Shown here: one piece after another, positions 8,665 to 17,666 of the stretch
How the letters are laid out: each line of letters opens with the position of its first letter
Position numbering within the stretch: position 1 is the first letter of the stretch
IMG/VR virus record: IMGVR_UViG_2687453341_000003
Coordinates: 1-64,000 of that record
Reading direction: 5' to 3' (one strand)
From: a virus
Lineage: Duplodnaviria > Caudoviricetes
DNA: 64,000 nt
Made by a program: the position numbers and the translations under genes
Notes under the pieces: generated by a model
Seen by the model: the letters and a program-made list of their open reading frames with translations, nothing else
What the model was told of the DNA's origin: nothing
Databases searched by the model: none

Positions 8665-11600
8665 TAGCTGAACACGAAGCCTCCCGTGCGGGCGCGTTCG
8701 GCTAGCTGAGCGGTGTTCTCAGCCGTTTGAATGATGGCTCGCTTGACATCATCCGACAGGCCTTCGCCAGTAACTGGGGGCATCTGCAGCCGCGCGACGC
8801 TTTGTGATAGAGCCGCATCGAACTCCTCGAGTCGAACTCGCACTGCAGCAAAGGATGCCATGAGTGATTCGAGGTTGAGCGACGGCTCGGTTTCCTCAGG
8901 AAACAGCGCATCGGCCAGCTCGTTGAGTTCTTCGTCCGACATGTCTTGAGACTGCAACATTGGCGTCTCTTTTGTCGGATCAAGGACTTCGGGCACCTCC
9001 ATGTTTTCGGGCTCGGCGTTTAACTGCGGATCGACATCGAGATCGCCAGCATCGACATTTTCATCAACGTCGGGTTTGTCAGCGACCTGCACGGTTGGAA
9101 TCAGCGATGCGCCGCTACCAAGTCCCAGACCGCGACTATCGAAGTTGCCGGCCGCTTCGGTCTTCTCGGCGACTGCTTCTGGGCCACTGGAAAACTGATC
9201 TAGCGAATCCTTGGCCGAGCGATCGAGCCCAAGCTTGAGGTCCTTCTTCCTGGGCGGTTTCAGTTTGGGATCTTTGATACCATCGACTTCGACCTTGGGG
9301 GCCTTTACATCGCCGGGCATCGGCGGCGCGGGCATGGGAGGGATCGGAGTGCCAGCGTCTGGTTCTTTGGGTGCTTCGGGCTCTTGCGGTTTTGCGGCAT
9401 TGGCTGCTTCCACGGCATCATCGAACTCCGCTTGAGCGGCGGCTACCTGCTGGTCACGTTCCTTAGCGCGATCTTCGGGCGATTGGCGACCAGCTTCACG
9501 AGCGACGCGTGCCTCTTCTCGCATTTGATCAAGGGTCTTTTGAACCCCTGCGGTGGTGTCGTCGATGGTCTGTTGCCGCGACTGTCCGGCCGCTTCGTTC
9601 TGTTTGAACTGATCATCGCGCGAAGCATCGAGCACCTGGTTCTTGGCGTCGGTCTCTTGATCAATAACCGCCATCTCGGCATCAATGTCGCGACCAGCGC
9701 GTGCCTTGCGACGTTCTTCAAGTTGCTGCTTGATGCCTTCCTGCATCTGTACGCGATTAGCTTCGATCTGTTGTTTACGAGCGTCGCGCCGCTTCATGCG
9801 ATCGGCGATGGCTTGCTGCTTCTTGGCCTCTTCCGCTTCGTCGGCCGTGCGGATCTCCTTGTCGATCTTGGCCATTTCGACTTCGACATTCACATCGTCA
9901 TCGAACAGTGACTTCAGTTTGATCCAAGCCTTTCGCAGAAAGCCGACGGTCGTGTTCCACATCGACTTGACTTGCGCGACGAATACCGACCATGTATCAG
10001 CGAGATAGTCGATGGTTTCGACCCAGGCAGTTTCAACGCCTGCCAATGCATTGATTAGAACGCCACCGATCTGAACAGAAACGTCGCCAGCGATGTCAAC
10101 GAGTTCACGAAGCCGGATGAATCCTTTCTTGAGGAAGCCGATCGTGGAGTTCCAGCCCTTCTGAACTGAGGTGGTAAGGATCGTCCAGCCATCGGCCATG
10201 AAACCGAGTGTTGCATTCCAAACGCTGGCGAGGCCTGATAGCGCACTGATCAGTACATCGCCGATCGCATAAGCCGTTTCGCCCCAAACATCCGACAGGT
10301 AATTGGTGAAGTCGGCCCAAACGCCTTTGAGATAGGTTGTGCCTTTGATCCACTGGAGCTTGAGATATGTCCACAGAACGTTGGCCGCAGCGGTAATGTC
10401 TCCGGCTGCCAGTGCATTGGCGATCGCACCAAAGGCCTTGATCGTGTCGGCTTTCAGTGTTTCGAAGACGCCTTTCAAGTACTCGATCGCTTGGCCAGCG
10501 ATGCCGGTGGAGTAGATGAAGTAGGCACCCAGTGCCGCAACGGCCGCGACCACCAGACCGAGAGGCGTGAACAGAGCGCCGATAATGGTCACAAGGACGC
10601 CGATAGCGGTTCCCACCAGTGAGAACATCGAAGCCAGACCACCGACTGCGAATGCAGCGACACCAGCGGCGCTACCGATGCCGATGAACGCTGCGCCTAC
10701 ACCAACCACGCCAGCAACGATGAGGGCGACCTTCTTGACCACTTCCTGGTTCTTGCCGATCCATTCGGTGAGTCCAGACAATGCACGTGAGATCGCATTC
10801 ATCATCTTGGTCACAGAAAGATCGAGAGACTCGCCGATCGCAATCGCCACGCCCTCGATCGAGCTCTTGAGAATTCGGAAGGCACCGCCAATTCCCGAAT
10901 CCATATCGGCAGCAGTCTTAGCAGAGATACCACGGGCCTTTTGGATCTCACCGAGCAACTGCCTGGTGTCGGTGACCGACTTGCCGATGGCCGATGCGCT
11001 CGTGATACCAAGCAGACCAAAGACTTCGTTAAACGCAGCGGCGCGATCCCCAGAACCCATGTTGGCGGTCGCAGCAGCAACTTCCCCAAGCACGTCGACG
11101 AGCTTGCGAGCGTTGCCTTGTGCGTCTTTCGTAGCAACACCGAAGACCTTTTGAAACTTATCTGACTCCGAGGCGCTGAGCGTGAGTAAGCGACGCAGTG
11201 CAGTTCCTGCCTCGCTACCTTGAATCCCAAGATTGCCAAGCGTGCCGAGAATGGCGAGCGTCTCTTCGAGACTCATGTTGGCATCGGCCGCCACAGGACC
11301 TGCATACGATAATGCTTCGCCCAGCGATTCCACGGAGTTGAACGACTTGTTGGCCGCGGCCGTCAATCCGTCAGCAACTCGCACCGCATCGGTGGCTGCC
11401 ATTGAAAACTGGCGAATGGTGGCTGCCATAATGCCGGAGCTGAGCGTGGCATCGGTACCGGTGGCGCGAGCAAGATTCATCACCGCGCCGGTCATCTCTT
11501 CGATCTGCTTCGGTGAGAATCCGGCTCGTCCAAGCTCGGTCATCAGCGAGGCGACTTCGCTGGCAGAAAAACTTGTGGTTGCACCGAGAAGCTTGGCTTT

Positions 11601-11867
11601 CTCACGCAATGAATCGAAAGCCGCTCCGGTCGCGCCGGCCACCGCACCTGCGGCGCGAATGGCATCATCGAAGTTTGCATAGACGGCGACACTCCCTGCC
11701 ACGGGAGCTGCAGCGGCGACACCAAGTCCCATCAGCTTGGTGCCGATCATTCGCGTGGACGCGCCGAATGATTTCAGCCGCTTCTGCGCAGCCTCGAGCC
11801 CCTTGAGGAACTGCGCACTCCTCGCGGTCAGCTCGACGTAGGCTCCTCCGGCTTTGACTTGAGACAT
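8664..11867 (-). CDS. Phage tail tape measure protein (TP901-family core)
   Basis: 1067 aa, Ala/Gly-rich, with motifs LGATTSFSASEVA and GIQGSEAGTALR, hydrophobic segments and coiled coil. Confidence 0.95.
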   Translation of the reverse strand: MSQVKAGGAYVELTARSAQFLKGLEAAQKRLKSFGASTRMIGTKLMGLGVAAAAPVAGSVAVYANFDDAIRAAGAVAGATGAAFDSLREKAKLLGATTSFSASEVASLMTELGRAGFSPKQIEEMTGAVMNLARATGTDATLSSGIMAATIRQFSMAATDAVRVADGLTAAANKSFNSVESLGEALSYAGPVAADANMSLEETLAILGTLGNLGIQGSEAGTALRRLLTLSASESDKFQKVFGVATKDAQGNARKLVDVLGEVAAATANMGSGDRAAAFNEVFGLLGITSASAIGKSVTDTRQLLGEIQKARGISAKTAADMDSGIGGAFRILKSSIEGVAIAIGESLDLSVTKMMNAISRALSGLTEWIGKNQEVVKKVALIVAGVVGVGAAFIGIGSAAGVAAFAVGGLASMFSLVGTAIGVLVTIIGALFTPLGLVVAAVAALGAYFIYSTGIAGQAIEYLKGVFETLKADTIKAFGAIANALAAGDITAAANVLWTYLKLQWIKGTTYLKGVWADFTNYLSDVWGETAYAIGDVLISALSGLASVWNATLGFMADGWTILTTSVQKGWNSTIGFLKKGFIRLRELVDIAGDVSVQIGGVLINALAGVETAWVETIDYLADTWSVFVAQVKSMWNTTVGFLRKAWIKLKSLFDDDVNVEVEMAKIDKEIRTADEAEEAKKQQAIADRMKRRDARKQQIEANRVQMQEGIKQQLEERRKARAGRDIDAEMAVIDQETDAKNQVLDASRDDQFKQNEAAGQSRQQTIDDTTAGVQKTLDQMREEARVAREAGRQSPEDRAKERDQQVAAAQAEFDDAVEAANAAKPQEPEAPKEPDAGTPIPPMPAPPMPGDVKAPKVEVDGIKDPKLKPPRKKDLKLGLDRSAKDSLDQFSSGPEAVAEKTEAAGNFDSRGLGLGSGASLIPTVQVADKPDVDENVDAGDLDVDPQLNAEPENMEVPEVLDPTKETPMLQSQDMSDEELNELADALFPEETEPSLNLESLMASFAAVRVRLEEFDAALSQSVARLQMPPVTGEGLSDDVKRAIIQTAENTAQLAERARTGGFVFS

Positions 11868-12091
11868 GGCAACTCGGCTAACTTGGGTTGAAAACTCGCA
11901 CCGAGCATCGCTGCAGCTTGCTCAACAGTTCCGCGAGCAACGATCGGTTTCTGTTCTGCGTAGGGATTGAAGTCATCGGGCTTGAATGGCTTGCGACGCC
12001 TCTTGCGATCACGGTTCATCTCGGCCATCAGTGCCATGATCGTGCTGGCGACATTCCAGTCGTGCTGGCGTCTGGCCTCAGCCATCAGCAC
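11828..12091 (-). CDS. Small pre-tape-measure protein (tail assembly chaperone T-like)
   Basis: Lies between the chaperone and the tape measure gene; PDDFNPY motif. Its frame stays open upstream into the previous gene. Confidence 0.6.
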   Translation of the reverse strand: MLMAEARRQHDWNVASTIMALMAEMNRDRKRRRKPFKPDDFNPYAEQKPIVARGTVEQAAAMLGASFQPKLAELPCLKSKPEEPTSS

Positions 12092-12105
12092 AAGTTGGCG
12101 AAGCG

Positions 12106-12606
12106 TTAAGGGGCCTGGATCGACTCCGACGATGCCGGCGAGTCTGACGATGAGTCGCTCAATGTCGGCACAGCGAGCTTGCGTTCGAGATCTTCGACGA
12201 GCTTGTCGACCAAGTTCGGATCGTCCAGTCGCTTCTCGATCGCATTGATCCCCCGACTCTCGATCAACTTCTGTTTCTCGGCCGCCTTCCGCAGAAGACG
12301 GCGTCGGGACTCCGGGAAGTAATTGATCAACGCTTCGAGGAGTGCACCGGTTGCATCGTCGATCGAGTTTCCCGCGAGGCCCTCACCGAAGGCTTCGTCC
12401 GTGATCTGCTGCTGATCAGCTTGCGGCTTGCAAATCGCAAACAGCACATCGCCGAGGAGCAACGGATCGGTCGAGAGTCGCGTGATCAAATCACCGTCGA
12501 TCGCTTCCAGCAGATGCACGCCTGTGAGAGTCTTCACGCGGCGCAGCGTCGTGTTATCGATATCCACAATCCAAATGCGACCGGCGCGGTCAACGAACTT
12601 CTGCAT
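12106..12606 (-). CDS. Putative tail assembly chaperone (G-like)
   Basis: Follows the tail tube gene; GGAGG RBS precedes MQKFVD. Confidence 0.65.
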   Translation of the reverse strand: MQKFVDRAGRIWIVDIDNTTLRRVKTLTGVHLLEAIDGDLITRLSTDPLLLGDVLFAICKPQADQQQITDEAFGEGLAGNSIDDATGALLEALINYFPESRRRLLRKAAEKQKLIESRGINAIEKRLDDPNLVDKLVEDLERKLAVPTLSDSSSDSPASSESIQAP

Positions 12607-12656
12607 GATGCCTCCCTGAGTGTTATGAATCTCTAAACCAACTACAACGACAGCTA

Positions 12657-13073
12657 TCAAGGACCAGCTAAGCCAGGTCCCACATTCATGCCACCACCGG
12701 AACTCGACTGCGTTGGTTTGAGAGTCACATCAGCGGAGATGACCTCTTCCAAGTTCTGGTTGACATTGAAGGTCATCACTTCGCAGGTCAGCGTTAGCGT
12801 GCCACCAGCGTCGCTGATGCCGACATCACATGGATCACCGCTGCTCCACAAGCCTTGAAGCAAGCCGAAAGCGCTATCGCCATCCTTGTTCAGCACCGTG
12901 AACTCGATGGAGGCATCCTTCAGCGTTCCGACCGTAGCACGCCATCCGTTGTTGGCACGTGTACTGGCATCCGCTTCGGCCTTTTCAAGGCTGACCGTCA
13001 AATCCTTGACATTGGTGATCTCCGCTCCGTCGATGGTCAGGACGGCTTCGAGACCAAGTCTTACTTCTGGCAT
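12657..13073 (-). CDS. Tail tube (major tail) protein
   Basis: VKDLTVSLEKAEADASTR..GW..TVGTLKDASIEF tube-like motif; AAGGA RBS. Confidence 0.75.
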   Translation of the reverse strand: MPEVRLGLEAVLTIDGAEITNVKDLTVSLEKAEADASTRANNGWRATVGTLKDASIEFTVLNKDGDSAFGLLQGLWSSGDPCDVGISDAGGTLTLTCEVMTFNVNQNLEEVISADVTLKPTQSSSGGGMNVGPGLAGP

Positions 13074-13099
13074 CGTGAATGATTCCTTATGGCGAACGT

Positions 13100-13666
13100 T
13101 TACTTGACTGAGTTGGCCCAAAACATGGGGAGCCGACTCCGGTTGGCATCCAGTGCCGGCTTCATGAAGGGGCGCTTGGGGTAATGACGAGGTTTGTTGT
13201 CACTGCGACGCTCGTTCTCTTCAGCGACCAAGCGAGTGGCTCGATTGGCTTGTGCAGCGGTTCGCAGTTCGATCCTCGCAAACTTCGTCTTGTTTCCTTG
13301 CTGCTTGACTCGGATCGGACCATGCTCGCCAACTCGAAAGCGATGTGGCTTCAGCTTGCGCCGTTTGGTTGCCACGCCACCGAATTCATGCAGATTCCAA
13401 AGGCGGCCCGCGATCTCATTCACAGGCCCGATGATGACTTCGGTCTTGTTGTTGGTAACGTCGTAGCGAATCACCCGCTTGAGCATGCCCGTCTGCGTAT
13501 GTGGCGGGCTGCCAGGCTTGGATGATGTTTTTCGACGTCGAATACTGAACCGAGCGGTCTTGCCAATCGCGCCCCCGGCGTGCCGAAGCGAAGTGAAGGT
13601 GGCAGTTTCCGCCTTCTTCTTGAGCTTTCGCTTATCGAATTGAGTTCGAACGGTGAGCCTGATCAT
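13100..13666 (-). CDS. Neck / tail-completion protein (HK97 gp10-like)
   Basis: Basic protein with SKPGSPPHTQTG.L, HEFGG and YPKRPFMKPAL motifs. Confidence 0.75.
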   Translation of the reverse strand: MIRLTVRTQFDKRKLKKKAETATFTSLRHAGGAIGKTARFSIRRRKTSSKPGSPPHTQTGMLKRVIRYDVTNNKTEVIIGPVNEIAGRLWNLHEFGGVATKRRKLKPHRFRVGEHGPIRVKQQGNKTKFARIELRTAAQANRATRLVAEENERRSDNKPRHYPKRPFMKPALDANRSRLPMFWANSVK

Positions 13667-14091
13667 CGCGCCAGTTCAAAGGTTAAGGTCAACAAACTTG
13701 TAAACTGACGCAGTTGCTCCCAGTGTTCACTGGAGTACAGCACGGCATGTTCGGCCTTGATGCATCGAGCCGCTTGAAATGACACGAGCCGCTTCAAGCG
13801 AAACTCGTCGGCGATCTTTTCCACCAAATCAACCAGCGGGTCGATCTCCTCATTGGTTCCCTTGGAAAACTTCTTCTGCACAGCAACGTCCACGCGGCAG
13901 TGATACCGGTTGTGGGCGCGATCATGAGGCAATAGTTCAACATCGCGAGGCACAACGCTGACACGCAGTTCCTTCATGTCTTCGAGGTCGAAGTTGGGAA
14001 CGTACAAACGCTCGGCCACGAATTCGAAGTCGAACTCGGCGGCATTGAGCTGGGCGGTAACGCTGTCGGCAACTTGTAGAACGGTCGTCAT
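13663..14091 (-). CDS. Putative tail terminator
   Basis: Position and size fit; ATGA overlaps with both neighbours. Confidence 0.6.
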   Translation of the reverse strand: MTTVLQVADSVTAQLNAAEFDFEFVAERLYVPNFDLEDMKELRVSVVPRDVELLPHDRAHNRYHCRVDVAVQKKFSKGTNEEIDPLVDLVEKIADEFRLKRLVSFQAARCIKAEHAVLYSSEHWEQLRQFTSLLTLTFELAR

Positions 14092-14471
14092 GAGGGATGG
14101 GATTCGATCTGTTTGGTGTGAATGCGGAGTTTCAAACGGAATGGGTCGCTGTAGCGCCAAGGTGGGTCGCCACCAAGGGCCATCACTTCAAATATGAAGG
14201 TGTGGTTGCCATCGATCTCGACGATGGTGTCACCGCGGCGAGGCAACGTTCCGATGATCGACTGGAGCAGAGATTGCGTGTCGATCAGGAAATCGCGAAC
14301 TTGGCTGCGAGTGACAATTCCCTCGCCGTCGTCCTGGTCGTACATCGACTTGCCGATCGTGGCTTGGAGCGTGGCTCCAAGCTCTCCTCGGCGATATACG
14401 ACCTGGCGAGACGCGTGCTGGGTGAGTTTGGAGGCAAGCCACTCCTGGCCCTTTTGAAGCATGTCTGTCAT
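14088..14471 (-). CDS. Putative head-tail adaptor / head closure protein
   Basis: Position; P.RGD.I motif and a C-terminal RIHTK. Confidence 0.65.
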   Translation of the reverse strand: MTDMLQKGQEWLASKLTQHASRQVVYRRGELGATLQATIGKSMYDQDDGEGIVTRSQVRDFLIDTQSLLQSIIGTLPRRGDTIVEIDGNHTFIFEVMALGGDPPWRYSDPFRLKLRIHTKQIESHPS

Positions 14472-14776
14472 GACTCGGCTTTTGCCTTCGTGTTGCCCAG
14501 CAGCTTCGAAGCCTTCGTTCGAACTTCATCGAGCCAAACCGCATCGGCGCGGCGCTGGTACTCGGAAGCAACCGCATTGGCCTCTTCGTCAAGCTGTTGC
14601 TGACGAAGCGTTGTTTGACGAACGGGCTGGGCTGGTTCTGGAGTTAAGAAAGCAACGGGCGACGCTTGCTTGAGTTGCTCGGGTTCCCGTTTCTTCACAG
14701 GAATCAGAGCAACTGCCAGCAGGACGACGACCACAATGACGGCAATGGCTAATAACATTTTTTGGTTGAACCTCAT
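14468..14776 (-). CDS. Small membrane-anchored protein
   Basis: N-terminal hydrophobic helix. Confidence 0.65.
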   Translation of the reverse strand: MRFNQKMLLAIAVIVVVVLLAVALIPVKKREPEQLKQASPVAFLTPEPAQPVRQTTLRQQQLDEEANAVASEYQRRADAVWLDEVRTKASKLLGNTKAKAES

Positions 14777-14806
14777 CTAGGAGAATGGATTGGGTTAAAG
14801 CAAGGC

Positions 14807-15859
14807 TCAGCTAATGCCGCGCTTGATCAGAATGAACACGAGCAACACGGCTGCGATTCCAATCAGCGCGACCGTGGCGATCTCGCCGGCCGAGAGCCAA
14901 AGCAGAGCGTTACGAGTGTCTTTCGCTCCATCGAACAGATCGCGTACTCGATCCAGTGGCCGACGGTCTTCGGAGGGTGGCGTTGGGCAATAGCCATCGG
15001 GACAATCCTCGGCCGACAGATACAGCGTCGGTGTGATCGCATCGTCCCAGGAGTAACCTTTGGTTTTCACTGCTCCAGTCTTCTGCGCTTCTTTGGCTTG
15101 CTTGTAGAGCGTGTAACCATGACGCAAATCCGAGTAGAGCTCGTCCGGCGTGCTCGGAATCATCGAACGACCAGCGGCGTGGATGTGCCCGCCAGTTGCG
15201 TCTTGGAAGAGCACCACAGGGAACTGTTCCGCGGGCACAATGTCGGCATAGCGAGTCTTGTAGATTGCATTGTTTGCCGTATAGACCTGGAATTCGCAGC
15301 TTTCCTTGAGCGCCGCTAGCTGCTTGTTCTGCGTGAACCATTCCTGGAGTCGCTGACTTGTCGCATCAGTGTTCACGAACAACGCGATCTGGTAACTCTT
15401 CTTCGGTGGAGGAGCCGCAGGATTCGAAACGGGAGTTACAACTAGCGGCTCTTGAGTTGGCTTCGAAACATCCACAAAGTTCGGCGTCGCAGGTACCGGT
15501 TGGGCAAATGTGGGCGTCACCGTTGGCGTCACAACGGTCGGTTGCACGATTGTGGGCTGAACTACCAATGGCGCGGGATAGACGCGTTGTGGTAGGCAAT
15601 TCGGCGGACAGTTGCGGATCTGTTGCTTGATCTCACCCTGGGCCTGCAAGTTCACCGACTGCGGTTCTTGCAACTTCTCGATCGCGCCAACGCTCGGCGC
15701 GGTCGGTCGAGAGTTGGGCACCGTCCAGCTCTGCTCGGGCTGAGGCTGCGCTGGCTTGTTATGCAAAGCCGTGAATACAACACCGAGGAGAATCGCGTGG
15801 ACGATTGCCACCACGATCAGCCCCAGACTTAAGCGAATTCGAATCGTATCGTTGATCAT
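14807..15859 (-). CDS. Membrane protein with N- and C-terminal transmembrane segments and a Pro/Thr/Gln-rich linker
   Basis: Hydrophobic ends; CPPNC and CPDGYCP motifs. Confidence 0.7.
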   Translation of the reverse strand: MINDTIRIRLSLGLIVVAIVHAILLGVVFTALHNKPAQPQPEQSWTVPNSRPTAPSVGAIEKLQEPQSVNLQAQGEIKQQIRNCPPNCLPQRVYPAPLVVQPTIVQPTVVTPTVTPTFAQPVPATPNFVDVSKPTQEPLVVTPVSNPAAPPPKKSYQIALFVNTDATSQRLQEWFTQNKQLAALKESCEFQVYTANNAIYKTRYADIVPAEQFPVVLFQDATGGHIHAAGRSMIPSTPDELYSDLRHGYTLYKQAKEAQKTGAVKTKGYSWDDAITPTLYLSAEDCPDGYCPTPPSEDRRPLDRVRDLFDGAKDTRNALLWLSAGEIATVALIGIAAVLLVFILIKRGIS

Positions 15860-15864
15860 GGTGA

Positions 15865-16464
15865 TTACAGAACCTCATAACTTTGGTAAGGCAGTGAACT
15901 GCTGGGATCGTTGAGAACGGTTAAGGCAAAGCCTCCGTAGCCTGCCCATAAGCGGATGAACTGTTCACGAGGCGTGAGTTCGAAGCGCCCCGGATAGTTG
16001 TTGTCGAGGATCGCTGCGTATTGCTTCCCATCACGCTCGATCCAGCCAACGAACGTGCAGCAATGCGCTGGCTTCCACCAGAGGATTGCTCCACGCCTGG
16101 TTGCACTTGCCCAATCGAGGAAACGAGGATCAGCCTTGAGCGTGTAGCTGTAGTCGATGCCGGCAGCATCCAGCCGATCACGCAATCGCGAGTCCCATTC
16201 GCCGTCGGCATAGGTCGCTCGCCAGCGTTCGCCAAGCTCGAATCTATTGAGCCAACGGAGGTGGTTGACAAGCGAGGCATGAACACAGCTCCCTTGGCCA
16301 AGCGAGCCTGTCCAATTGCGCTGATGCAGTTGCACCGGCAGATTGGCTGGTGGTTGCTCCAGTTCAGGCGCTGGCAATGCACGAACGTTGACGACGCCCG
16401 AATCGCAGCCAGCCAACACGAGCAGCATCAGTGCACAGGCTGAAATCAATTGTTTATGAATCAT
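15865..16464 (-). CDS. Lipoprotein with a papain-like (C39-like) cysteine peptidase signature
   Basis: Lipobox LAGC; GSCVHAS (Cys), PAHCC (His) and ILDNN (Asp/Asn). Confidence 0.6.
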   Translation of the reverse strand: MIHKQLISACALMLLVLAGCDSGVVNVRALPAPELEQPPANLPVQLHQRNWTGSLGQGSCVHASLVNHLRWLNRFELGERWRATYADGEWDSRLRDRLDAAGIDYSYTLKADPRFLDWASATRRGAILWWKPAHCCTFVGWIERDGKQYAAILDNNYPGRFELTPREQFIRLWAGYGGFALTVLNDPSSSLPYQSYEVL

Positions 16465-16583
16465 ATTGAGCTCGTTGATAAAACTATTGACGGTGACGAC
16501 TAACGCTGGACCGCAAACGCAGGGATCGTTTGGAGAGCCGAGGCTCAACTCGTGCCCCTGGTGCGGGCCAGCGGTAGTCGTCG

Positions 16584-16910
16584 CTAACTCTTAAATACCA
16601 CCCACAGTTGCGGATTCGACTGCGGCGTCGAAGCCACGAAGCGAATGGGCAGCCCACACATCGCCTTCATCGTGACGTAGCGCGGATTGGTTGGATCGAA
16701 TAACTCGCTTTCATACTTGGCGAGTTCTGCGACCTCTCCATTGGGAAGCCAGCCCTCGATGGTCCACTGCGATGGCGTCGATTGCTTGGCAATACAAAAG
16801 CAACTGCGGAACTCGCCCACCGAGATCCACTGGCTGACTTGGCCGTTTGCCAGACGCAGTGGCTGAACAGACCGTGCGCGATCGACAGTTACTTTTGCGA
16901 TTGATCCCAT
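16584..16910 (-). CDS. Hypothetical phage protein
   Basis: 108-aa ORF tightly packed in the head operon. Confidence 0.6.
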   Translation of the reverse strand: MGSIAKVTVDRARSVQPLRLANGQVSQWISVGEFRSCFCIAKQSTPSQWTIEGWLPNGEVAELAKYESELFDPTNPRYVTMKAMCGLPIRFVASTPQSNPQLWVVFKS

Positions 16911-16913
16911 GGC

Positions 16914-17267
16914 TTATTGACTCAGTCGTAAACGGACACAGCGGGTTCCTGGTGGAGCGGACTCGATGGCTTTGCCCATCATCGGATGGGCGTAAGCGTT
17001 CTTGACCACATGCCAACTGATCTCCGACCAGTAAAGGATCGTGCCAGCGGGAATGTTGGTGGTTGGATCTTTGACTACATCGAAGACGCCCCGCATCGTG
17101 ATGCTGCCACGTGAGCCCGCACTAATCCCAAACTTGGCGATGCCCACGAGCCGGTCGACGACAACCACTGAGCCAGCGGCCACGTCGGACTCGGGGACGA
17201 TCGGCAAGGTGTTACCATCCGCGACGAAGATGGCTCCTGCATTTATGATTTGTGCGTTGTTGCTCAC
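16914..17267 (-). CDS. DUF2190-family capsid cement/decoration protein (copy 2)
   Basis: V.AGSVVV...VGIA...I.AG..G.I...GVFDV.K motif; ends VRLRLSQ. Confidence 0.75.
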   Translation of the reverse strand: MSNNAQIINAGAIFVADGNTLPIVPESDVAAGSVVVVDRLVGIAKFGISAGSRGSITMRGVFDVVKDPTTNIPAGTILYWSEISWHVVKNAYAHPMMGKAIESAPPGTRCVRLRLSQ

Positions 17268-17276
17268 GGCGTCTCA

Positions 17277-17606
17277 TCACTGGCTCAGGCGAACGCGAAC
17301 GAAGGAATCAGTGGCGGCAGCGTCATTGACGACTTTGCCGAGATAGGTGGTGCCAACATCGTCAGCGACCACGGCTCCGTCTTCATCGACGTAGACCTTG
17401 GTGCCTGCTTCGAACTCGACAGCCAGGGCTGGGTCTTTGGGAATGTCAAAGACGCCTTCCACAGCGATCGAGCCAAGCGAGCCGGCCTTGATGTCGCGTT
17501 TAGTGATTCCCACCAAGTCGCCTTGGATCACGATTGATCCAACCGCGACATCAACGGTGGGAGTGAAATCGACGGCCTTACCGTCATGAACAAATTGAGC
17601 TTGCAT
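17277..17606 (-). CDS. DUF2190-family capsid cement/decoration protein (copy 1)
   Basis: FVHDGKAVDFTP..DVAVG..V and GVFDIPK motifs; directly follows the capsid gene. Confidence 0.8.
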   Translation of the reverse strand: MQAQFVHDGKAVDFTPTVDVAVGSIVIQGDLVGITKRDIKAGSLGSIAVEGVFDIPKDPALAVEFEAGTKVYVDEDGAVVADDVGTTYLGKVVNDAAATDSFVRVRLSQ

Positions 17607-17666
17607 GGATTATGGAATCCTTGAGGACAAAGAATGGTTGGTTTCAGAGCGGTCAGGAGACGAGGC

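Noticed and set aside
11828-12300. Programmed -1 frameshift in the tail chaperone genes
   Set aside because: The overlapping frames fit a G/GT layout, but I found no X XXY YYZ slippery heptamer, so the claim is not supported.
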